DNA of 64,000 bases from Camelus ferus (lineage: Eukaryota). Every line of letters starts with the position of its first letter. The stretch's first letter is position 1. The notes below the pieces were generated by a model. The model saw nothing but the letters and a program-made list of their open reading frames with translations, made no database searches and was not told the origin of the DNA. Location of the stretch: assembly GCF_009834535.1 (NCBI RefSeq), contig NC_045696.1, forward strand, positions 87,546,001 through 87,610,000, written 5' to 3'. Shown one piece after another: positions 38,526 to 51,651 of this stretch. Made by a program: the position numbers and the translations under genes.

Positions 38526-39043
38526 TGATCATGTCTTTTGGTATCAGCAAGGGGATTGGTGCCAGGATCCCCCTTGCATACTAAAATCAGCACATGCTCT
38601 AGTCCTTTATATAAAATGGTGTATTATTTGTATTTAACCAACACACATCTTCCTGTATACTTTAAATCATCTCCAGATTACTTATAATACCTAATACAAT
38701 GTAAATGCTTTGCAAATAGTTGCCTCTGTATGGCAAGGAAAATCAGTTGCTTTTTAGAACTTTCTGGATATATTTTATGAATTTTGTTTAGTTTTTTTTT
38801 TTTATTGAAATATAGTTACAATTTTGTGTCACTTTCTGGTGTATAGCATAATGTTTCAGTCATATATATATATACATACATATATATTCCTAGTTTATTC
38901 TGTATAGCACCAGGAACTAAATTAAATAACTTGTAGTAACCTATCATGAAAATGAATATGAAAAGGAGTATTTCCCGAATATTTTTGATCTAAGTTTGGT
39001 TGACTCTGCAGATGTGGAAACTGCAGATAAGGAAGGCCAACTC
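38526..39043 (+). mobile_element. MER2B-like Tigger MITE, interrupted by a short L1
   Basis: GGGGATTGGTGCCAGGA...TACTTTAAATCATCTCCAGATTACTTATAATACCTAATACAATGTAAATGC; 3' end CCGAATATTTTTGATC...GGAAGGCCAACT. Confidence 0.85.
38786..38971 (-). mobile_element. Short L1 3'UTR insertion with 5' inversion
   Basis: 38786-38889 is antisense L1 tail with poly-T; 38890-38971 is the adjacent upstream 3'UTR segment in sense orientation. Both are homologous to 15985-16155 of this window. Confidence 0.85.
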
Positions 39044-40229
39044 TATATGTTTACATTCATGACTTTTCCATTAGAATATGTGGTCTCCTAATTTTTGGAC
39101 TTTGGAAAATGTCATCATTTAATATGATGCTCTCCTTATGTTTAATAACACCATAAGAAATAATAGTAGGATTCAGCTGGAAAGCAAACCTGCAGTGTAT
39201 CTCAGGTGATAAAAGTCTGAAGCATTAGCCTGCTGGGCAGAGGTGAGGAAAAGAAGTGCAGAGATAACGCATCTGAGATCAGGAGTCAAGGCCATGGTGA
39301 TGCAGAACATATGCTTAGCAGTGTAAGGCATGTAAGTCAATTTCAATACAAGTCAGTTACATTTTCCTTCCATTTTTTGTAAATGGCAGAACATTTTTAT
39401 AAATAAATAAAATGTTTATAATGGTTTGACAAACTTTAGTTGTATTATCTAGATAAACTTAAGCTCATAGCCTTTTAAATATTTGTAATAACATACATCC
39501 CATTTAATAGTATGTAAATTAATATCCATTATTTCTTTATTTTTTCTCTTTCATTTTAAAAGTCAGCTATTGGCTTTAAAGTCATGCATTTAAGACTATA
39601 ATTTAAGTATTTCATGGGGTTTACTTGTGCTCAATTTCAAAACATTTTAGCTATCAGGAAAAAAAAAGGTAAAATTATAGATTTCAATGTGTTTTAACCA
39701 GAAGCCTCACGAATCAAACATATTGAAAGATGAGAAGCTCCTTACAGGATTTCTGTATTAGGCAATAAAAACATAAATAGTTGTGATACAAGTGAGAAAA
39801 TAAAATGAATATAGTAAGCACAAATAAGAAAAATAAAGAGAAAGACTATAGGAGCAGGGGTTCCATAGGTGTGTGGAAGGGGCCATCACAACTCAGCTCC
39901 AGTTGACTGTGGCCCTGTTGAAATGTACTTCCAGAATTCCATATGTTCTAATTGCATTTTTCAAATAATCACTGGAATTCAAACATTTAGGGAAATGTAA
40001 CTAGCTTTATCAAGTTATAAAATAACAAATGTTTATTATCAGAAATTGCAAAAACACAGGAAATGTGATCTCTTTGTATATGATTTTTAAACATGGTTTG
40101 GGAGAAGACACATATCATTTTTATGGGTCTTTGTTATGAAATATGTCTTTTATTTTCAGTGAAGTAACCTTAATGTATTGCACCAAATTTGAAACTAAAA
40201 TTTTCAAGTCACTTGAGACCTATATTTTT

Positions 40230-40376
40230 TGGTTTTGTTTCTGCTTTTTTTTTTTGTGAGGAGGGAGGTAATTACATTTATCTATTTTTTTATTTACTTA
40301 ATGGAAGTACTGGGGATTGAACCAGGACCTCATGCATGCTGAGCATATGCTCTACCACTGAGCTACACCCTCCCCC
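40230..40376 (-). mobile_element. tRNA-Ala-derived SINE (Vic-1-like)
   Basis: GGAGGTAATT...TACTGGGGATTGAACCAGGACCTCATGCATGCTGAGCATATGCTCTACCACTGAGCTACACCCTCCCCC; shared flank core CTATATTTTT (40220-40229 / 40385-40394). Confidence 0.92.
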
Positions 40377-40756
40377 ACCAGCAACTATATTTTTAATCAA
40401 CTTCTTTTCGATACAAGGTAAAACTTTCAAGTTCAAAATTTAAATAATCTTACAGATTGTATTTAGAGTTCAGAATAGCATAAACGGTTTTAAGAAGACT
40501 TCTTGTACTAGTAACATTTCACTACTGTATCACTTAGTATCAATCTTACAATCTAGACTTGTTGACCTAGAGTACTTAGTGTAAGTGTTCAAAATGTTCT
40601 CATTTATCTGGCTCATAGCCACTGAAGGAAGCACTCTGAGACAGAATTTGTTCCTTTACTTGTGCTGGAGCCACATCTCCAGTGAGAGGGACTACTATAC
40701 AAATTGATATGACTTTATCACTGCTGTCATTGGATTTGTTCTCTAGTTGAAAACAG

Positions 40757-40857
40757 TGTGGGGAGGGCATAGCTCAAGTGGTAGAGCATACGCTTAGCAT
40801 GTACAAGGTCCTGGGTTCCATCCCCAGTTCCTCCTCTAAAAATAAATAAATAAGTAA
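40757..40857 (+). mobile_element. 3'-truncated tRNA-Ala-derived SINE (Vic-1-like)
   Basis: tRNA head plus (AAAT)n only; perfect 15-bp TSD TCTAGTTGAAAACAG (40742-40756 / 40858-40872). Confidence 0.92.
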
Positions 40858-43180
40858 TCTAGTTGAAAACAGAACATGACGTGTACTCTCAATGCTGTCA
40901 TCCTTGATGGCACCATTGGATTGAGTGATCTACCTAGATTGTGTTCAAAAATCTTATTGGTAGTACTATAAAACCCTGCAGGTGATCACCCCCAGACCAC
41001 ACTTCCACTTATTTAGTGCTTACTTTCAAAGCTTTAGTTGTGACTAGAACCGCTTTGTCAGTTATTTCTGTATAGTAACTTGCTCCCCACTTAGTTTATT
41101 GTATTCAAACAGATCACATAACCCAAGGGAGACTTTTTTCTGAATATAATAGTGGGGGAAAATGATATGACTTTTTGTTTCTTTCATCGGAAAGTTATTT
41201 TTCCTCATCATGTGATGGAAAGTGTTACTTGAACATTAGTATTATACTCCTCTATACTCCCTTAGAAAATGTTTCTCTCCACTTCATCTTGGCTATGAAT
41301 AATTTGGCCAATAGGTGTGTCTGAATGAGACAAGAAATACCCCCCAAATGCTATCTACTTGGCTAAAAACCTTTTCTCTTCAATTAACACATGGATACTG
41401 ACAACAGACAGACCTGTGCGACTCCACAAGTAGATAACCAACTGAAGGACTGTATTACACAGAGTAGCTTTCAAGTATTTTATGATAACAACAAAAATTG
41501 AAATCTCTTTTTTGGTAGAGATAATATAGAGGGTGAAAAAAGCAGTAAACTAAAGGCCTGAAGAGGATGATTCAAGTTCAGGGAACATCACTAAATACTG
41601 TTCTGACTGGGTTTAAGTACTCCGAGACTTCATTGTCCAATTCTCTATGATAGAAGATGAAAACATTTACTGCTCAGGCCACGGGAAAAATAAGCGCAAG
41701 TGAGACAAAGTATGTGAAGAAATTTTATAATAATGAAGTACTACCCAAACACAACGAATCCCTACTATTGAACACTGATCTTAGCTCTCCTCATCCAAAT
41801 TCTCTTTATCATACTTCTCCTGGATAAAATTATGTTTCCAGAGGCCCCACTTTACAGGATGAAATTGCAAGAACTGAGGCTGAACTCAGAAGCCAAAGAC
41901 ACTGGCCCTTAGCTATACATCATGGATCAAATGTATCCTGAAGTCTGTATGTTGGGCAAAGACACTGAAAGAGTAGCCTGTTCATATAGAGCAGGATAGC
42001 CAGAAATCAGAGCTTCCCTAAGAGGCACAGAAAAGATGAGTAGAATGTTCTTAGAAGGCAGAGCCTCCAGACTTTCCAAGACACTTTCTAAGTGTCCAAC
42101 AGGAGGAAATCTTTGTGGGACATTTGCTGTGGGGATATTGAGAAGGTGAGAACAATGTGACACACACCAATGGAAGGCATGAACGAGATTCTGGACAGAA
42201 TTTCGCATTCACGTCCCAACTCAGCCTCTCCAACATTCCAACACAGTGAATTCAGGTCTATCACTGATGTGCCCATTTAGAAACAAGTATAACCTTTGTT
42301 AGACAGTACCAATTTTCCCCTCTTTATCTGTCATGTAGATTTATGCTTCTGTCAACCCAAACCAATGACAAAAGCATCAGAAGCAGGTTAAAGTTTCACA
42401 ATATTGAAATTAATTTGTAATGTATTGGTATCAAAACAAAACACTGTAATCCTTATATTTGTTTATTTATTATTTTTTCAATTCCACCTCCCACTTAACG
42501 GCACCCCAAAGTGGGCTGTGTGCACAGAGAGAAAATAGTCTTAAATATATCTTATATATTTAAGAGTCCTTTAAAAATTATTCAAGGTTATTTATTTAAA
42601 TGAATGTTTTGTTATATGAAACAGAAGGAAAACAATACCACATTTTGACCCATTCTGGCCATAATTTTGAATTTATTTAAAACTACAGTTTTAAATAATT
42701 AAATAGTTTCTCTTTGTAGTAATTGGTATAATTTCTAAAAATGATAAAAGTATTAAAAATAAAAACAGAGATTTATGCCAAAGAAATCCTCCCCTGCCCC
42801 CCAAAAGAAGACTGGAACAATTTATTGCAACCATAGGTTATACTGAGATTACTCTCAGTCCAAAATCTGTCAAGAGTTTCAAGTTCCTTTCCTTGGGACA
42901 TTAAATTCTTAAATTTCTTTTTCCTAAATGTTGACATACCATGGAGAACTCTTGATTCTCATTGATAGTGATCCAGATACTTGACACATAGCTATCCATT
43001 TGTCACCATATCACTAATGGAGCAATTTATCTTTTCCCAACTGTTTATTCCACTTTCATTACCATATACATAATCCCCAAATATAGTAAGTCTGGTCTGA
43101 ACTTCATGCTATCCCACTTATTATTTTCACATTAGTACTATAATTTTGAAAACTACCTTAGAATTCACTGGCACCCAGAT

Positions 43181-43516
43181 CAATGCTGTTCAATAGAAAT
43201 ATAATTTGACCCACATATGTATTTTTAAATTTTCTAATAACCTCATTAAAAAAGGTAAAAAGAAACTATTGACTTTAATTTTATTTACTGATTTAACTCA
43301 ATATGTCCAAAATGTTTTCACATGTAATTAATTACCTCTCAACATGTAATCAAATATAAAAACAATCATTAATGAGATATTTTACATTTTTTTCACACTA
43401 AATATTTGATATCGAGCATGTGTTTTACACTTAGAACAGGTATGAATTCAGACTGGCAACAGTTCAAGCGTTCAATAGCCATATGTGGCTAGTGGCCACT
43501 TCACTGGACAGTGCAG
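43181..43516 (+). mobile_element. MER33 hAT-Charlie MITE
   Basis: CAATGCTGTTCAATAGAAATATAAT start; TCAATAGCCATATGTGGCTAGTGGCCAC...TGGACAGTGCAG end. Confidence 0.88.
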
Positions 43517-43894
43517 ATATGAACAAGTTAATGCAAAAGAAAAACCAGTAAATGTCTTGAAATAAGATTCTCTTTCTGACAGATATTATAAAGAGTCATG
43601 CAACAATAGCCTTTAAGAGCTTTTCAGTGTCAGAATGACATCCAAGACTTATTGGGGAAATGACCTTGAATGGAGTAACATGTATAACCCTGCTAGGTAA
43701 CAACTCACACATCTCTTAATTTAGCTATTTCTAATTATTTTTTTACACTGATTCTTCTTGAATCAGGCCAAAAAGCATATAATAAATTTCACAGTTGTCT
43801 CATTCAGCAATTATTCAGAAAGTTTTGTTAAGTATTGCAATTCTATATTCACTGAAGTGACAGCTTTGAAATAAGTTTTACTCATCCTAGATTT

Positions 43895-44602
43895 TACTCA
43901 TCATAGGCATCATTACCAGATTAATTTGATTTATTTTTTCCTGAATGATTTCCTACTGGTCTGCCATGTCAGCCCTTTCCACATGTCTCCCACCCATAAG
44001 CCCCTCTGGGCAATTAATTCAATCTCCAAGAGAGTAATCCTTCTAAAATATAGTCAGACCAAGTTACTCTTCTGCTTAAAACCCTCTGAAGAAATCTGGC
44101 TCATTCGTGGCCAAATCCCAAATCCTCACAGTGGCCTATATGATCCAACAGAGTTGACGCCATTCTTTAACCTTATCTTCCTTGACCTCTTTTCCCTCTA
44201 TTGGAAAACACTGGCATTATCACTGTTTCTCAAACACAGCACTTACTGTTTCCTCTGGTTAAGTGTGTTCCCGCAGATAGGCACATTGCTCTGTCTCTAA
44301 GTTCCTTCAAGTGTTTTCTTTAACGTTCACTTGTCAATTGCATCTAGTCTGACCATATTATAGAAGATCACATCATCTCCCATCACACTCATCCCTGTTC
44401 TCTATTTTATTTTTCTTCATACATTTATCACTATTGAAAATAGTCCATCTTTATATTATTAACTTTGTTTGTTGATGTTTCTTTTCTAGAATGTAAACTT
44501 CACAAGGGTAGGGGTTATATTCTGTCTGATTTTCTACTCTATCCCCAGTACCTAGAACAGTTCTTTTAACACAGCACATGAAATAAATATTTGCTGAATT
44601 GA
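43895..44602 (+). mobile_element. L2a 3' fragment
   Basis: AGAGTAATCCTTCTAAAATATAGTCAGACC...CTGCTTAAAACCCTC...CTAGAATGTAAACTTCACAAGGGTAGGG...TATCCCCAGTACCTAGAACAG...AATAAATATTTGCTGAAT. Confidence 0.85.
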
Positions 44603-45584
44603 TAAACTTAAAAATTTTACTTATATATACATGTTTAAAATAATATGGTAGAAAATGTAGATCACAAATATATTTTTAAATTTATCCCACTACAATCATT
44701 TATTTTGATGGTCTAAAAAGACAAGAATAAATTTTATATGCTATTTATAGCCACAGTTCTCAGGAGCAAGCTCCATTAATTAATTAATTAAACATAATTG
44801 TGCTTGAGACATGCAGCTTCTTAATCCTTTTAGTACTTTATCAGTGGGTGACAGTGACAGAATTTGAAAAAAATAAAATGAGCATATTGTGCCTGTTCAC
44901 AGTTATAATGGAGAGCTTTAAAAAGTCAAAAGCATTAAAAATAAACTCAAGCTGATTTTAGAGATTTCTGAATCTAAATTTTATGTTTTCTTCCACATTA
45001 CTATAAAGCAAATGTTAAGTTAAAAAGAAAAACCCAGCTTAATTTTAAACTGCTGGAAATTCTCAAAGGATGTTTCCTTTCTTTTTTAACAAGCAATTGT
45101 TTATATTTTTGACAGTAACTAAACCATAATTATCACACTGTCTTTCAAAGAACTTTGAAGTTTTGGAGAAATCTGAATTTCTACTGCCTAAGTGTTGACT
45201 CATTCCCCTGGAGTTGTCTCAATAGATGATATAATACAGCACATAGCTTTGAGGACTGAAAAAATGAAAATTAAAAAAATGATAAAACATACACATAAAA
45301 ATCAAAATCAATATTCACAAAAGAATTGAATTGTGTCCTTAACTAATAATCTAAAGAGTTAAATGTATTTAAGATGAAATTTATAGTAGCTTTTATCCAG
45401 AGATGCCCAATAGTAAATACAACATCAATTAAAAGGGGCTATAATTTTTGAGAAATTACTAGATGCTCATCAGGATGTGCAACCCCAAAATTCTGAGAAC
45501 ACACTAATAGACTTCTGTGATGGTCTGCTTCTAATTAAATGTGACCACTACACAACCAGTTTGCTCCAAACTGAATTGGCCATT

Positions 45585-46133
45585 TCCAGTAAGATGAAAA
45601 ATGGCCACTGAAAGATATTCGGTCCCAATTAGCCCTGTTGCCTTATGAAGAAACAGAATTTTTGTAGCTGTATTTAAGGATCTTAATATGGGAAGATTAT
45701 ACTGGGATTATCCAGGTGGGTCCTAGACCCAATCAAAAGTATGTTCACAAGAGAGGCAGAGGGACATTACGCATACAAAAAGAGGAAAGAAATACAAAGA
45801 TGTAATCAAAGATTGAAGTGATTTGGTCATAAGCAAAGGAATGTCACCAGAAGCTAGAAGAGGTAAGACATGAAGAGTGTGCCCTAGAGTCTCTGGAGGA
45901 AATGTAGACCTGTTAACATCTTGTTTTAGCCCAGTGGAACTGATATTGAACTTCTGGCTTTCAGAACTGTGAGGAAATCAATCTCTGTTGTTTTAAGTCA
46001 ATTAGTCTGTGGCAATACAGTGATAGTCATAGGGAATTAATGGAGCTTTTGGTAGTAGAGGGGGTGGGTTCTGCTGTAACAAATACCTAAAACTGTGAAT
46101 GGCTTTGTAACTGGATAGTGGGCAGAGATGAAA
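45585..46133 (+). mobile_element. MLT1D-like LTR followed by about 90 bp of MaLR internal sequence
   Basis: GGGAAGATTATACTGGGATTATCCAGGTGGG...TTTTAGCCCAGTGGAACTGATATTGAACTTCTGG; after ~46044, TTTTGGTAG...CTGCTGTAACAAATACCTAAAA, typical of the MLT-int start. 5' boundary approximate. Confidence 0.8.
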
Positions 46134-46401
46134 TATCAATACACACCATTAAAATTGCTAAAATTTTTAAAACTGGCAACTAGTGTTTATAATTCAAAGA
46201 AACTAAAATGTTCACGCATTGCTGAGGGTGGGGGAAATAAGATGGTACATCTACCTGGAAAATAACTTGTCAGTTTCTTAGAAGGTTAAACACAGTGTTA
46301 GAATACACAACGTGTGTAAATACCTATATATATATACAACCTCCAGCAATTCCATTTTTGAGATATTTACCCCAAAAAGAAAGAAAAACCCATACCTATG
46401 C

Positions 46402-46797
46402 TGTTATAAGCATAATGTGTCCCCCTGCTGAAGCCCTAATCCCCAGCATGACAGTATGAGGAGGTGAGGCCTTTGGGAAGTAATTAAGTTTAGATTAAGT
46501 TTAGATGAGGTGATGAGAGTGGAGCTCCCATGATGGGATGAGAATCCTTGTAAGACCTAAGAGACACCAGAGCTTCCTCTCTCCACACACACTTGCATCA
46601 AGGAAAGGACATGAGAGCACATGGAGAAAATGTGGTTGTCTTAGAGCCAGGAAGAGGGCGCTCATCAAGAACCTACCAAATCTGCCAACACCTCGATCTT
46701 GGACTTCCTAGCCTCCAGAAGTATGAGAAATAATGTCTATTGTTTAAGCCATCCACTCTGTGGTGTTTTATTTTAGCAGCCTGAGTTGACTAAGACA
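46402..46797 (+). mobile_element. MaLR solo LTR (MLT1A-like)
   Basis: TGTTA...GAAGCCCTAATCCCCAG...GAGGTGAGGCCTTTGGGAAG...TAGCAGCCTGAGTTGACTAAGACA; TSD TATGC/TACAC. Confidence 0.9.
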
Positions 46798-47214
46798 TAC
46801 ACAAATCCTTATTTAGCAATGCTCACAGCAGCTTTATTCTTAATAGACACAAACTGACAACACCATAAATGTCCACCATCAAATGAAAGGGTAAATCAAT
46901 TGTGCTATATCCATTCAATGGGATACTTAGCTATAAAATGAAAGAAAATACAAATAGATACAACAACCTGGATAAACCTCAAAATAATTATGCTCAGAGA
47001 GAGAAGTCAAACACGAAAGAATATATACTGTATGATACAATTTACATGAAGCTCTAGAAAAGACAAATGAATCTGGTAGTGACAGAAAACAGTTCAGTGG
47101 TTACCTGGGGCCTAGGTCGAGGGGGAGGTGGGAGAGTTTGGATTGACTAAGGCTGATTAGGGATGGGCACAAGGTAATTTTTTGGTTTGAGGCAATGTTT
47201 GGTTATATGGAGGG

Positions 47215-47216
<2 letters not shown>

Positions 47217-47256
<40 letters not shown>
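47217..47256. repeat. (GT)20 microsatellite
   Basis: Read directly. Confidence 0.95.
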
Positions 47257-47261
<5 letters not shown>

Positions 47262-47479
47262 CATGTATTTATCACAACTCATTAAATTATACACTTGAAA
47301 TGGATGTACTTATTTTATGTAGATTATATCTCAATATTGGTATAAAGATCAACAATATTAAAACAAATATTAAATGGAAAGGTACAAAACATAAAATTTT
47401 TAAATATAAAAAACTAAGTGTAAAATATAAAACAATAAGAACAGCTGAATTGATTAATATATAATACATTGAAATGGTA

Positions 47480-47750
47480 ACTAAAGACCACCTGAAACAC
47501 AAAATGATGCCCAGACCTAGATAGTTTTATAGGTATGCTTTCCTGAAAGTATAAGGCACATGTAATTTCTATCTTATATATGGCGTTATAGAAAATAGTA
47601 AGAGCAAAAATTACCCAATTTATTTTATAAAACTATTGTTAGCTTGATTAGCAAAGTGGATTTGGAAAGTATAAAGAAAGAAAATCACAGGCCAACTTTA
47701 TCTGGAGTCATAGAGGTAAAAATCCTAAAGAAGATATCAGCAGATTTCCA
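47480..47750 (+). mobile_element. Very old L1 ORF2 fragment (L1ME-like)
   Basis: CCAGACCTAGATAGTTTTATAGG...AAAGAAAATCACAGGCCAA...AAAAATCCTAAAGAAGATATCAGCA, homologous to ~1670-1910 of this window. Confidence 0.65.
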
Positions 47751-49099
47751 TTAAACATAACAATAATAATAATAGCAATAAAAAGCAGGATAGAATAGGG
47801 TTTATTATTTGCTCATATATGTAAAGATATGGAGTGATTAAATTTGGTTACTAGTTTGGGGCTTATCAGTCATCGTGTAGATTTTGGTCCAATTTCCGCA
47901 GGACAACCTCACCTCTGGCCCTCATACCAATGAGGAAGGGTTAGTGTTCCTACAGGGCAGTCTCCCTTGATTCAGCAGTCTATCCACATCAAATGAAGCT
48001 TGATCGTTAAGTATTGTGGCTACTTACTAAACGGTCAGGGCTGCCATGTTCTTCCAAGTCTTTCCGTTGCTACTCTGCAACTATCCTAGAAGTCTGTTTT
48101 ATAAGAGGCAACAGAAAAGTTCTGCATGCCCAGTCAGCTGTACTCCAAATTCTGCTTGACACATAGGTTTTTTTCTCCAGCCCATTTTGTTGCTGTCAAT
48201 CATCGGTGTTGGGATTGAAATAGGTTATCTGTTGTCTTTCTTGAAGCATGATCAACTCTCATCTTCCTATACTGACAAAACTTAGTGGGACCATCTGAGT
48301 TACCTCATTTCCCACTTCACTGCAATGTGCTCATAACAACTTCACATGCTCCCAAAGTTCCCTTTCAATTATTGCTTCTGTGAGCATTTGTTATTTGCAA
48401 TACATATCAGATCCTTTCTTGGTTTCAAAATACACGATATTATCTCCACTATTTTTGCATCTTTTTGTTTATTTCCCTATGTATTGAGTGGGTGATGGTG
48501 TAAATCTCTATTTATGACACTTTTTTTTTTAAAGTCACTGTTAATAGGTTGTTGTTCACCTGTATTTGCAACTTTATATTTGGGCTATGGAGTGTTTTTT
48601 CCTCTTATTTAAACACAGTGCTGTTTTCATAAGTAGACATAAAAATATTAACCTACCATCAACCAGTATTTCAATTTAAAGATGTTCCCAAGTCATAAAG
48701 ATGAATGGAATTTAATCATTTACATTCTTAATCAAGTGCCTGCATTTACTAAATAGCTGGATTGAATTTAGAGGTTCAGCTATGTCCATGAAACAAATCA
48801 AGGTGATGATCTGGCCTTCATTTTCACAGAACTCTGAGAGCAAATCCGATATATACAGTATTTTTAAAAAATACATTTTCTACTACGCTACTAAAAATCC
48901 TTTTTTATTAGGTCAGAATAAGGTTGTTCAGCATAGTATTTCTATCCATAGTAATGTAAGGTCTCAGTTCCCAGAAAAATACTCAAAAACAGAAGTTAAT
49001 ATTGGAGCTGACAGTATTTGTCTAAATATGCAAAATGATTATGGGAACATAGATTTAAAAGCTTGTTTAGAAATAGATCTAACCAAACTCCTTCCTCTC

Positions 49100-49630
49100 T
49101 GGTCAGATGGACCTAGTTTCAAACATCTCCATGACTTACAATAGATAAGACTTCACTTAATCTCTCTAAACTCCAGTTCCTTAATCTATAAAACAGTAAC
49201 TTCAAAATCCAACTCATACTTTTGAGAGGATTAAATGTTATATAAAGGGATTAGCACAATGTGTGGTTTATAGAAAGCACTGAACATATAATAGCCATGA
49301 TTACCTGCATTAAAAAATATTTATTTCAATGTGTTATTTAAGAAAGAAAGATAAAAGTTTAAGTTGAGCTTCAGTTTTCAAACTTGTAAAATGGTAATAA
49401 TACCTGCCTCACAGGTTTCTTGCAAGGATAAGAAGAATTTGAAAATGAGATGAGAAAACCGTAATCTTTTAGAAAAACTGGCAGTAAGAAAAAAAGAGTT
49501 TAGGTCAGAATTCTCTCCCTCTTTTGTGTTATTAAGCAGCTGTTTCATGCCTGAAATAAAATCTCTTTGGAAGTCAGTTTTCTCACTTTTAGTATAAGAA
49601 GTCTAGAGTGATTTTTTTTCCTTCTAGGTT
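49100..49630 (+). mobile_element. Cluster of MIR/MIR3 fragments
   Basis: Three core-like segments: TCACTTAATCTCTCTAAACTCCAGTTCCTTAATCTATAAAA; CTTCAGTTTTCAAACTTGTAAAATGGTAATAATACCTGCCTCACAGG; AGTCAGTTTTCTCAC. Confidence 0.65.
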
Positions 49631-51224
49631 TAAACTTGTGTGGACTAGAAACATGTAAGGAGATACTCTGGAAATGCTTCTTTGATTTACCTCTCTTGCT
49701 GTTTCACAGATTTTTCACCCATATAAATTTCAATCATAGAGAATATGTTGCATAGCAAGTAATATACCCATTTACCTGTACTAAGTATTTATATAAAATA
49801 ACCTTTAATATTCTCAGAAATTTATATAAATAGAAAACAGAATTATCATTTGTAACATACTTCATAAAAGTCAACCAATGTTTGTAAAAGTGGTAACTCA
49901 ATGCACAATTGCATTCCTTGTTAATGACAGAATATAGTTTATATACTACATTATTAATATTAAAATATCTAAAGAAAATTATTCTTTCACTCCTTAAAAT
50001 TCTTTAAATCAAAGGCATTTTAATGGAGATTTTAAAAGTTAAAGGCAAACTATATGAGTAAAAAGTATTTAAAACATTCTCTATGCCTGAATAAGTCTGT
50101 ATTTTCTGGAAATTATTTTGAATTTCCAAACCCTACTAGGAAAATACTAAGCCATTGGAAATTAGTATTTTTTTTTTTATACTTTTAAATCTTTGCTCTA
50201 TTTTAACTGCTGAGAAATTCATTGTTTCAGTATTTCAAATAGATGCCTATTAATTTTACAGCTATTAATAGTTATTATTTACATTTTATGTACCATATTT
50301 AGAAATAAAAATATTTTATGTGAATACAACTAGTAGTAATAAACCAAGTTTTTTGTCATATTTTATAATAGTCCATTAGATGTATATTTATTACTTGAGG
50401 ACAAATATAATATAAATATTTCAATGATTAGCATTGTCCAAGAAACTCTAAATATATTAAATAAAAATATAAGGTATGTTAAACAATGAAATATCTGTTT
50501 AAAAATATAACAACATATTATTTCTTAAATGAGATTAAAATCTCCTGAGGGGATGACAGAAGCATTAAGAACATTTATGGAAATCACAATAATGAATACA
50601 TAGTCACATTTTAATTTTGACCTTAATACTAACTTGAAATTGTATCATATTTTTGTATCCTCTTTACACCCAGGAGCTACTGTTTTTCTGCAGGTATATT
50701 AAACTTGAGGATATTTCTTTGTTTTGAATCATTTTATTTCAATAGGTCAAGGGTTTTTAATTTATATAAGAATATAGAGTTTATACCTAGCTTAATAATA
50801 ATTCAATGCTTCCTTTTTGAATGTATACTATTAGAGAACAAGAATTTCTTCTGCATCAGAGATCAGAAACCTGATGTAGAGCCTATCTGCATTTAAAATA
50901 TCAAAATATCATCATCTTTTAATATCTTTCAGACAAGAGGGAGAATGGCATGTTTTCCTGATGGATTAAGGGAAACGCCACAGAGTTGAGGGACAGAATT
51001 CTTGGATTTGAGCCTGAACATGCCCTATATTGAATATCTCTGAGTCTTATTTCTCTTCTGGGACACTTGAGTGAATAAATGAAATTTATTCAGAAAACAT
51101 AAATCTTCATCCATGTATGGGTCATTATCTTAATCTGGAACACCTAAATGACCAGTCAGGCATAACTGGTTTAACTTTAAGTTTAAACAAAGGGTGAGTC
51201 AATGTGGCCTCTTCCCTTTGATTT

Positions 51225-51580
51225 CCTATCATTCAAGATCCAGTCAGTTAACAGAGGCAGTTAATATGAGCATCTAGTCACAAAGGTGGAAGAAAAGAAA
51301 ATCAGCACCATCAGCACATAAGAGAGCAGAACTGTTTGGCAGGAAGTAGAACCAAGGAGTAAAGGGAGCTACTGCAAGAAATTTCATTCAAGTCGAGAGA
51401 TGGAAAAGTGATCTGGCTTTTTCCTTCCTCCCACCCTCTAATGCCTTGCTGCTGACTTCACTGGCACCAAACAGAAAGCAGTCCGGGAAAGAGTGGGCAG
51501 TGCTCCGTATTTGGGATACAAAGAAGATCAGGGTGGAGGTAGGAATGGATTTGAGATCAAATAGGCAAATGATCAGCACA
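51225..51580 (-). mobile_element. ERVL LTR fragment (LTR41-like)
   Basis: TTCCTCCCACCCTCTAATGCCTTGCTG...GGGTGGAG...ATGGATTTGAG...CAAATGATCAGCACA resembles reverse-complement LTR41. Confidence 0.5.
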
Positions 51581-51651
51581 GTTTTAACTATTTATATCCC
51601 TAGGCTGCCTTTTCTCAGATAATGACAGGCATTTCCAGAGGGAAAAGGATA

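Larger units (their letters stand above)
46134..47340 (+). mobile_element. Ancient L1 3' end (L1MD/L1MC-like), interrupted by MLT1A
   Basis: CCAGCAATTCCA...ATATTTACCCC; CACAGCAGCTTTATTC; TACTGTATGATACAATTTACATGAAG; GTGGTTACCTGGGG; ATGTAGATTATATCTCAATA. Confidence 0.85.
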
